Below are positions 8,421 through 15,356 of a stretch of 32,000 nucleotides of DNA, one piece after another (position 1 is the first letter of the stretch; every line of letters starts with the position of its first letter). The DNA lies in the NCBI RefSeq assembly GCF_000020025.1, contig NC_010628.1, forward strand, positions 3,810,001 to 3,842,000, given 5' to 3'. The notes beneath the pieces were generated by a model. The model worked only from the letters and a program-made list of their open reading frames with translations, had not been told where the DNA came from and did not search any database. A program made the translations under genes and the position numbers. The DNA is from Nostoc punctiforme PCC 73102 (lineage in GTDB: Bacteria > Cyanobacteriota > Cyanobacteriia > Cyanobacteriales > Nostocaceae).

Positions 8421-9146
8421 ATGCGTATTTTAGTAGTCGAAGATGATGTTCAGCTAGCAGAGATGCTAATGGAAGCCTTAACTGACCGTCAATATGTGGT
8501 AGATATAGCTCAAGATGGAGAGGAAGCATGGGATTGCATCAAAGTGTTGGAATATGATTTGGTGGTACTAGATATTACTTTACCCAAGTTAGATGGTGTA
8601 AGTTTTTGTCAACGGTTGCGATCGCCTATGGTGGGGCGTAGCCCATCGCCTACATCAAGGCATACCTTATCGCGCAACATTGCAATACCTGTACTCATGT
8701 TAACAGCACGCGATACCCTTGGTGACAAAATTACCGGGTTGGATGCTGGCGCAGATGATTATATGGTCAAACCTTTTGAAATGCCAGAGTTAATGGCTCG
8801 TGTTCGCGCCCTGTTGCGCCGCAATAGTGCCGCAACATCTTCTTCAGATTTTGGTTGGGGTAGTTTGCGTTTAAATTCCAGCACTTATGAAGTCACTTAT
8901 GCTGACCAGCCTTTACATCTAACACCTAAAGAATTTGCTCTTTTAGAACTAATGGTTTCTAGCGGTCGGCGGGTACTAAGTCGAGCCGGCATTATTGAGC
9001 GCATTTGGTCGCTTGATGACCCTCCGAGCGAAGAAACTGTTAAGTCTCACATTAAAAGTTTACGGTATAAACTTAAAGACGTAGGTGCTGCCGATGATTT
9101 TATTGAGACAGTTCATGGACTAGGCTATCGCTTAAAGCAGCTTTAG
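8421..9146 (+). CDS. OmpR-family response regulator (REC + winged-helix DNA-binding domain)
   Basis: REC motifs are MRILVVEDD, LVVLDITLP, MLTA and YMVKPF. The C-terminal trans_reg_C domain shows LTPKEFALLELM ... VKSHIKSLRYKL ... IETVHGLGYRL. Confidence 0.93.
   Translation: MRILVVEDDVQLAEMLMEALTDRQYVVDIAQDGEEAWDCIKVLEYDLVVLDITLPKLDGVSFCQRLRSPMVGRSPSPTSRHTLSRNIAIPVLMLTARDTLGDKITGLDAGADDYMVKPFEMPELMARVRALLRRNSAATSSSDFGWGSLRLNSSTYEVTYADQPLHLTPKEFALLELMVSSGRRVLSRAGIIERIWSLDDPPSEETVKSHIKSLRYKLKDVGAADDFIETVHGLGYRLKQL
8618..8680 (+). repeat. Small dispersed repeat inserted in frame in the receiver domain (boundaries approximate)
   Basis: There are about 16 extra residues (SPMVGRSPSPTSRHTLSRN) between RLR and PVLMLTA relative to the paralogous N-terminal REC at 27939. 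8625-8651 is the exact reverse complement of 12411-12437 (27/27). The insert starts at a HIP1 site (8618). Confidence 0.6.
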
Positions 9147-9150
9147 AAAA

Positions 9151-9300
9151 CTAACCGATTTCTACCTTATATTTGCCCCTTATCTCCACAACTGATTGTT
9201 ATACTTCAATTACATTACTGAAATTAACCTCTTCTTTTACACTAGAACACTATTATTCTCCAAATCTATTTAATTATTGATTTGGAGAATTTTAATTTTT
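9151..9300 (+). ncRNA. Candidate small RNA or terminator cassette, copy B (paralog of 718-862)
   Basis: It starts 5 nt after the response-regulator stop codon. It has the conserved 51-mer, TGTTATACT at 9197-9205 and a CU-rich AACCTCTTCT at 9226-9235. A perfect 12-bp stem, ATTCTCCAAATC (9255-9266) / GATTTGGAGAAT (9279-9290), is followed by TTTAATTTTT. Confidence 0.4.
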
Positions 9301-9388
9301 ATCTAACTAAACTAAAAAATATATAATTACCCATTTTTAGATATTTCTATTTTGAAATCTTTGGATGGCTGAGAATAAGTTTCACCAC

Positions 9389-9524
9389 CAATACTGCTCG
9401 GTTAAAAACATTTGTAGGTTGGGTTGAACGAAGTGAAACCCAACAAAGCCCCAGAAATGTTGGGTTTCCTTCCTCAACCCAACCTACGAAATTGAAGTTT
9501 TTTGAGCTTAACCGAGTAGTATTG
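9389..9524. mobile_element. MITE (136 bp) with CAATACT termini and a 10-bp target-site duplication
   Basis: The TIRs are CAATACTGCTCGGTTAA and TTAACCGAGTAGTATTG (one mismatch). The direct repeat GTTTCACCAC lies at 9379-9388 and 9525-9534. An internal long hairpin is formed by GTAGGTTGGGTTGA...TCAACCCAACCTAC. Confidence 0.65.
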
Positions 9525-9658
9525 GTTTCACCACAGTGTCAAGCTTATGTTGAATCTTCAGTTTTACAGAGTTCTATTTGCTATAGGTAACGCTACATGA
9601 ACAGTTAAAATTTAACTATTAAGATAAAAATTAATTTAGATAGCATTTTTTATTAGTA

Positions 9659-9703
9659 ACCGATTTCTCACCGATATTTAACCGATATTTCAACTTTTAA
9701 AAT
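9659..9703 (+). promoter_or_regulatory. Three exact-phase 11-bp ACCGAT direct repeats abutting a TAAAAT -10 box (candidate response-regulator-dependent promoter)
   Basis: The units are ACCGATTTCTC (9659), ACCGATATTTA (9670) and ACCGATATTTC (9681). TAAAAT follows at 9698-9703. The site is about 350 nt upstream of the SPS-like gene on the same strand. Confidence 0.4.
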
Positions 9704-10056
9704 GTAACATCTTGAAACGCAAGCATTTTGGTAAGTTTATTTCAGTTTTAAAGAAATTTTTATGCCCGATTTTTCAATAAATATTTATAATATTGTTATT
9801 AACAATAAAGAGTATTGCAAGCTTAGACCTTATGCATTAGCTAATCAAATATCAATTCATGAAGCAATACGGTTATTAATTGATTCTCTTCCAGAATGCT
9901 CTCCAAATAATAACAAATTAAGTAGAAGCCATTCGTTTATGTTTACTAGAAAGTTTTTACAAGTTTCTTTCGATGATAGGTAACTTAATAAATAATTTTT
10001 TCTCCAAGTTACCTAGCTGTGAATTTTTGTACCACATACCACAGTAAATTTTGATT

Positions 10057-11499
10057 ATGAATACTCTTGCTTCTTTAAATTTAGTTAAATCTCTAGAAAA
10101 TTCTGCTTCAGAAACGCCAAATTCTCAACCCGTTTATGCCCTAATCTCAGTTCATGGCGATCCGACAGCTGAAATTGGTAAAGAAGGGGCAGGTGGTCAA
10201 AATGTCTATGTGCGAGAATTGGGATTAGCATTAGCAAAACGTGGCTGTCAGGTTGATATGTTTACCCGACGCGAATACCCTGACCAAGAAGAAATTGTGG
10301 AATTAGCACCAGGATGTCGCACTATTCGTTTAAATGCTGGGCCAGCAAAATTCATTACTAGAAACGATTTATTTGAATATTTACCAGAATTTGTAGAAGC
10401 CTGGCTGAATTTTCAACAACGAACAGGGCGCAGCTATACCTTGATTCACACTAACTATTGGCTTTCTGCTTGGGTAGGATTAGAACTTAAATCTCGATTG
10501 GGACTACCCCAAGTTCATACCTATCACTCTATAGGTGCAGTTAAATACCGCAATATGGAAAATCCGCCGCAGATTTCTGCAATTCGTAATTGTGTGGAGA
10601 GGGCAATTTTAGAACAAGCAGATTATGTAATATCCACTAGCCCTCAAGAAGCGGAAGATTTACGTCAGTTAATTTCGCAACATGGTCGTATTAAAGTCAT
10701 TCCCTGCGGGATTAATACTGAACACTTTGGTTCTGTCAGTAAAGAAGTTGCTCGCCAACAGTTGGGGATTGCTTCAGATTCTCAGATAATCTTGTATGTA
10801 GGACGCTTTGACCCCCGCAAGGGAGTTGAAACCCTGGTCAGAGCTTGCGCCAATTTGCCTTCAGCATTTCAACTCTATCTAGTTGGTGGTTGCCGTGAAG
10901 ATGGAGCAGACTTCAAAGAACAACAGCGCATTGAAAGTTTGGTGAATGACCTGGGATTGGAAGCCGTTACAGTTTTCACTGGACGAATTTCTCAAGCACT
11001 GTTACCTACTTACTATGCCGCAGGGGATATCTGCGTTGTACCGAGTTACTATGAGCCTTTTGGTTTAGTGGCGATTGAAGCAATGGCAGCCAGAACACCC
11101 GTAATTGCTAGTAATGTGGGAGGATTGCAGCATACGGTAGTGCATGGTGAAACTGGATTTTTAGTTCCTCCTCGTGATTCTAAAGCATTGGCGATCGCTA
11201 TTCACAGTTTATTACAAAACCCGACTCTCAAAGAGAGCTATGGCAATGCTGCACAAAATTGGGTTCAGTCTCGTTTTAGCACTCAGGGAGTTGCCGCCCG
11301 AGTTCACGAACTCTATCAATCTTTAACACTTGATACATTTATTCAAGAAATTATTAAAACTAAAAAGTTAACTCCAGATTTGGAAAGACAAATCCAAAAT
11401 TTATTGAAATCGAAAGTTTTGAAATCTAATGAAATTAAAGCTCTAGAAAAATTAATTGACTCTTTTTCTAATGACATTGTGCAGTGGGCAACCAGTTAA
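10057..11499 (+). CDS. GT4-family glycosyltransferase, sucrose-phosphate-synthase-like
   Basis: The N-terminal motif is ISVHGDP..IGKEGAGGQNVYVRELGLALAKRG..VDMFTRR. GRFDPRKG is present. The EX7E motif (EPFGLVAIE) is intact. The ORF track starts at TTG 10051; the ATG at 10057 is the more likely start. An SPP-like gene follows. Confidence 0.85.
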   Translation: MNTLASLNLVKSLENSASETPNSQPVYALISVHGDPTAEIGKEGAGGQNVYVRELGLALAKRGCQVDMFTRREYPDQEEIVELAPGCRTIRLNAGPAKFITRNDLFEYLPEFVEAWLNFQQRTGRSYTLIHTNYWLSAWVGLELKSRLGLPQVHTYHSIGAVKYRNMENPPQISAIRNCVERAILEQADYVISTSPQEAEDLRQLISQHGRIKVIPCGINTEHFGSVSKEVARQQLGIASDSQIILYVGRFDPRKGVETLVRACANLPSAFQLYLVGGCREDGADFKEQQRIESLVNDLGLEAVTVFTGRISQALLPTYYAAGDICVVPSYYEPFGLVAIEAMAARTPVIASNVGGLQHTVVHGETGFLVPPRDSKALAIAIHSLLQNPTLKESYGNAAQNWVQSRFSTQGVAARVHELYQSLTLDTFIQEIIKTKKLTPDLERQIQNLLKSKVLKSNEIKALEKLIDSFSNDIVQWATS

Positions 11500-11662
11500 A
11501 TGATATCGTTGTCGGTCAAAGACTGATCATTAATACCGCAGTTCTTGCTAAGAGAAGGCTTGCCTTGAGCGACTTGCCTTGAGCAGAGTCGAAAGGAGCC
11601 GAACGGGAGCAAGAGGAAAGAGATTTATCAATACTGTACTGTTTTAGTAGGAACAAGCAAAT

Positions 11663-12436
11663 ATGAAACTGCTTTTGGTGATTGAATTAGATAATACCTT
11701 GGTTGGTAACAATCGAGCTATTGCTGCTTTAAACCAAAGGCTAGAAGCTATACGCAATCAGATTTACTTAGTCTATGTTACTGGTCGCTCTTATGCTTCT
11801 AGTCGTCGCGTGATAGCACAAGAACAGCTTTTGAAACCTGATTATTTAATCGCTAGTGTAGGTACTGAAATTTATCAACAGGGTGTGCTTTTAGAAAAAG
11901 ATTGGGCAAATCAAATCTCAAAAGATTGGGATTGGGATGCAGTTTGGACAATTGCTAGCTACTTTCCTGCGCTGATACCCCAACCCGACAGCGAACAAAC
12001 CCCCTATAAATTAAGCTTTTGGCTAGATATGGATGCGCCACTTGAGGTTATCCATGATTTGCAGGATTTGTTAACTTTTACTGGATTGCAGTCTGAGGTA
12101 ATTTTTAGCAATGGGCGGGACGTTGATATCATACCCAAGAACAGTAACAAAGGTGAAGCAGCTGCATATCTGCAAGAATTGCTGCAAGCGCAATTAGATG
12201 CAACCGTTATCTGTGGAGGTTCTGGAAATGACATCAGCTTATTTCAACAGCCATCAGCTGGGATTATCGTTGGTAATGCCCAAACGGAACTTCTATGGTG
12301 GTATTATAAGACACATTACCCTTGGCACTTTTTAGCTCACTACCCTGGTGCTGCGGGTATTCTTGAAGGATTGATTTATTTTAATATTTTGCCATTCCCT
12401 AATAGTTGGAAGGCGATGGGCTACGCCCCACCATAG
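11663..12436 (+). CDS. Sucrose-phosphate-phosphatase-like HAD protein with degenerate catalytic motifs
   Basis: The layout is SPP-like: LDNTLVG, VTGRSY, SVGTEIY, SNKGEAAAYL, GSGNDISLF. Motif I reads E-L-D-N-T (GAA at 11684-11686) instead of D-x-D-x-T. Motif IV reads G-G-S-G-N-D (GGT at 12218-12220) instead of G-D-S-G-N-D. Confidence 0.85.
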   Translation: MKLLLVIELDNTLVGNNRAIAALNQRLEAIRNQIYLVYVTGRSYASSRRVIAQEQLLKPDYLIASVGTEIYQQGVLLEKDWANQISKDWDWDAVWTIASYFPALIPQPDSEQTPYKLSFWLDMDAPLEVIHDLQDLLTFTGLQSEVIFSNGRDVDIIPKNSNKGEAAAYLQELLQAQLDATVICGGSGNDISLFQQPSAGIIVGNAQTELLWWYYKTHYPWHFLAHYPGAAGILEGLIYFNILPFPNSWKAMGYAPP

Positions 12437-12438
12437 GC

Positions 12439-12594
12439 CAATACAGTTCAGTTAAGCCTAAAATTCTTACTGAAAGTGAATTTTTTTAACGAACCGCCAA
12501 CTCTTAGAGAGGCTTCCGCCAACGCGCAGCGTCTCCAAGAGTTGAACGCCAATGGCGCAGAGAGAAGAAAGAAATTCTTCACTGAACTGTATTG
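12439..12594. mobile_element. MITE (156 bp) with CAATACA termini and a 10-bp target-site duplication, inserted 2 nt after the SPP-like stop codon
   Basis: The TIRs are CAATACAGTTCAGTtAAG and CTTcACTGAACTGTATTG. The direct repeat CACCATAGGC lies at 12429-12438 and 12595-12604. The paralogous relic at 15212-15221 has a single uninterrupted CACCATAGGC, which serves as an empty site. Confidence 0.7.
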
Positions 12595-12669
12595 CACCAT
12601 AGGCGATCGCAACCATTTCTAATTAACTCTATCGCACTTTGTAAATCCAGGAGTAGCTTTAGCTAATAT

Positions 12670-15000
12670 CTAAAGTTTAGGATAGGCAATCCGTTGGTGA
12701 TGAAATTGCTGCCAAACCTGGACAAAAATATGAGCAATTTGAGACATCTCTGCCCGTGTTAACCCGGAATCTACCAACTGATTATCCTGCCAACGTGCTT
12801 TCAGGATTTTATTTACCATTGCCAGTGCTGCTTCTGGGGTTGCGTCTTTGAGGGAGCGTAATGCCGCCTCACAAGCATCAGCCAATATAGCAATCCCCGT
12901 TTCTTTGGATTGAGGAATGGGGCCGTCATAGCGGAAATCTGATTCGTGTAAAACTTTTTCAGTATTTTGTTGCTGTTGCTGTGCTTGTTGGTAGAAATAT
13001 GCAATTAAAATGGTTCCTTGATGTTCGGGAATAAATGCCTGAATAGCGCTCGGTAGCTTGTGTTGACGAGCCATTACCAACCCTTCGCTCACATGTTTTT
13101 TGATAAGTTCGGCACTTTTCCAGGGATCATTAATCACATCGTGTTTATTAATACCTCCCATTTGATTTTCAATAAATCCTAGAGGGTCATGCATTTTACC
13201 AATGTCATGATAAAGAACCCCAGCCCTAACCAATTCCACATTACAATTTAATGCTCGTGCCGCAGCTTCTGCTAGAGTAGCGACAAACAGTGTGTGCTGG
13301 AAAGTTCCAGGAGCTTCATCAGCTAGGCGTTTTAATAAAGGTCGGTTGGGATTGGACAATTCAGCCAGACGAATAGGTGTGACTAGATCAAATAAAGCTT
13401 CTAGGTAGGGGCTTAAACCTAGTGCTAAGATGCTCCAAACTAACCCTGCTAAACCGTTGAGGACTGCTGCACCCAGCACAGCATACCAAAGGGGTGCGAT
13501 CGCAGTGTTGACCAACAAATAAACTACTCCCTGCGTCAATCCAATTAAGATTCCCAAGGTAGCTAATTCCTCCCGCGTTCGCAGTGCTTCTCTACCAGGG
13601 AATCGCCATTGTCCCGCCATCAATCCGCCCAGAATTCCGCCAGCTGCACTAGGTACTAAATAATGCCAGCTAAGTTCCGTTCCCATTGAAAGCAATATGG
13701 TCAGTAACACCATAACAGTACCCCCGATCGCAGTACCGTAAAAGCTACCAACAAGCAAACCAATAGCAGGTAAGCCTGTAAATGATTTGGTCAAGAAGAT
13801 TAGCAACGGCGCACTGAGGGTAAGGAGCAGTATCAAAAGATAATCGCTCGGTCGTAATTTGGCGTAAATCCGTCGTTCTACGAGTTTGAAAATAGCCACA
13901 GCCAATCCCACCATCCCACTAAAACGAATCAGATGCAGCCAATCGATTCCACGTTGGCTCAAGTGAAAATGGTCTAATAGGACAAAATCAGCCTGGGTAA
14001 TTTTTGCGCCAGCTTTAACGGTAACTTCACCTTTTTGAATGCTGACGATCGCCGGTTCTACTGCTTCGGCTGCTTGTTCTGCAATCAGCTTGGTTTGCTC
14101 AATATCTTTAATTAGATTAGGTGCGATCGCGTCTGATAGCAATCGCCTTGCTAAAGGTTGTGCTGTTTCTGGCACAGAAACACTCACCTGCATCCCGATT
14201 GCAGAGTTCAGGTTCGTCTTGGATAACCCTGGATAAATGCCCTGTGCTAACATTCGGTCTAAAGTTTGACGCACTTGGATTTGAGTTTTTTGCCAATCTG
14301 TATCAGACAGGTTTAAGAAAGTGGCATCGTAAAGGGTTTCGGGTTGGGCATAGACGCTTTGCGTGTTGTCTTTAGACATCGCGCTCAGGGCTTTTAGGCT
14401 GATATTATAGCGCTGACGAGCTTGGGCGATCGCTTTTAATAGTTGAGCAAAAGCCTGGGAGGAGTTAGACTCTCGGTAAGTTCGCAGTTTTTTCACTGCT
14501 AGCTGCTGGGCAGAATTTAAACCAGTTAGATTGCTATTTTTATCCAAACCTCGTAATACTTGCTGCCATTGAGGTTCTGGTGCTTGTCGCAGGTAAGTTT
14601 GTGTAGCAGTGGACAACACTGAAGTCTTAACAAAGGGAAAATTGTCCAAATTTTCGCGGATTTGATTGCCTTTTGTGAATAATTGCTGGAGATTTTGGTG
14701 AATTTGCTCATTAATTACTGGATCGTCAACCCAGACTGCTGAAGCACCGCTACGAGCCTCCCTGCGTCTTTCTTCTGTTGTTTTTACATCTTCAACATTG
14801 GCTGAACTTGGTGCGGTAAGTGTTTGAGGAGCTATCTTATCTACATCCAGCTTTGGTTGGTTATAAAAACGGTAGCCTAGTCCACTGGAGAGAGATAGTA
14901 CGACAAACACAAACATTCCAGCAGAATAGAGACGGTTTTTTAGATGCCATCGCTTACTCTTAGGTCTAGTTTGCCTGTAATCCCTACGAAATAAACTCAA
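12670..15000 (-). CDS. 7TM-receptor HD-domain phosphohydrolase (7TMR-HDED/7TMR-HD/HDc architecture, PgpH-like)
   Basis: 776 aa: an N-terminal TM helix, a large extracytoplasmic domain, about 7 TM helices, and a C-terminal HD domain with LYHDIGK and HQGT motifs. The start is uncertain (TTG at 15000 or the downstream Met29). Confidence 0.88.
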   Translation of the reverse strand: MSLFRRDYRQTRPKSKRWHLKNRLYSAGMFVFVVLSLSSGLGYRFYNQPKLDVDKIAPQTLTAPSSANVEDVKTTEERRREARSGASAVWVDDPVINEQIHQNLQQLFTKGNQIRENLDNFPFVKTSVLSTATQTYLRQAPEPQWQQVLRGLDKNSNLTGLNSAQQLAVKKLRTYRESNSSQAFAQLLKAIAQARQRYNISLKALSAMSKDNTQSVYAQPETLYDATFLNLSDTDWQKTQIQVRQTLDRMLAQGIYPGLSKTNLNSAIGMQVSVSVPETAQPLARRLLSDAIAPNLIKDIEQTKLIAEQAAEAVEPAIVSIQKGEVTVKAGAKITQADFVLLDHFHLSQRGIDWLHLIRFSGMVGLAVAIFKLVERRIYAKLRPSDYLLILLLTLSAPLLIFLTKSFTGLPAIGLLVGSFYGTAIGGTVMVLLTILLSMGTELSWHYLVPSAAGGILGGLMAGQWRFPGREALRTREELATLGILIGLTQGVVYLLVNTAIAPLWYAVLGAAVLNGLAGLVWSILALGLSPYLEALFDLVTPIRLAELSNPNRPLLKRLADEAPGTFQHTLFVATLAEAAARALNCNVELVRAGVLYHDIGKMHDPLGFIENQMGGINKHDVINDPWKSAELIKKHVSEGLVMARQHKLPSAIQAFIPEHQGTILIAYFYQQAQQQQQNTEKVLHESDFRYDGPIPQSKETGIAILADACEAALRSLKDATPEAALAMVNKILKARWQDNQLVDSGLTRAEMSQIAHIFVQVWQQFHHQRIAYPKL

Positions 15001-15121
15001 ACATCACCCCCAAAAACTACACCACTATAGTGCTTGTTCATTATAATTGGGCAATTATCGATATCAGTGACCAATCTATTTTATCTACAACAAAACTTAC
15101 TTTACATTCCTCCCCTATCTA

Positions 15122-15277
15122 ACTCACTACCCTACTACCGCAGGTATTCTTTAAGGATTGCTCTATTTTAATATTTTGCCATTCCCTCACAGTTGGCGAT
15201 AGGCTACGCTTCACCATAGGCGATGGTTGGGCAACAGAACCCGCATAGCGATCGCAACCTATTTCAAATTAACTTTT
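15122..15277 (+). pseudogene. Relic duplicate of the 3' end and downstream flank of the SPP-like gene
   Basis: It aligns with 12335-12438 plus 12595-12633. The first 75 nt are about 85% identical by hand alignment. It translates THYPTTAGIL*GLLYFNILPFPHSW versus AHYPGAAGILEGLIYFNILPFPNSW in the intact gene, with an in-frame TAA at 15152-15154. Confidence 0.65.
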
Positions 15278-15280
15278 AAT

Positions 15281-15339
15281 GTTAATGAAATATCCCCGCA
15301 CTTTGAAAAGCTAAGTAAGTGCGGGGATATTTCATTAAC
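15281..15339 (-). terminator. Perfect 22-bp stem hairpin downstream of the PRC-barrel gene (terminator or RNA-stability element)
   Basis: The arms are GTTAATGAAATATCCCCGCACT (15281-15302) and AGTGCGGGGATATTTCATTAAC (15318-15339), with a 15-nt loop. It lies 18 nt past the stop codon at 15357. No clear U-tract is present on either strand. Confidence 0.5.
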
Positions 15340-15356
15340 AGTTATCTCAAAGCCAT

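Noticed and set aside
9762-9983. 73-aa ORF between the ACCGAT array and the SPS-like gene
   Set aside because: It is very AT-rich with an Asn/Ile/Lys-biased translation, has no RBS and belongs to no family I recognise. It is more likely part of the 5' UTR of the SPS-like gene. It could still be a small leader peptide, but I cannot support that.
11530-11640. Another MITE in the SPS-like/SPP-like intergenic spacer (tandem CTTGCCTTGAGC x2, purine-rich end, CAATACTGTACTG at 11629)
   Set aside because: It shares pieces with the other repeat cores. I could not find matching inverted termini or a target duplication, so I mention it only as related sequence.
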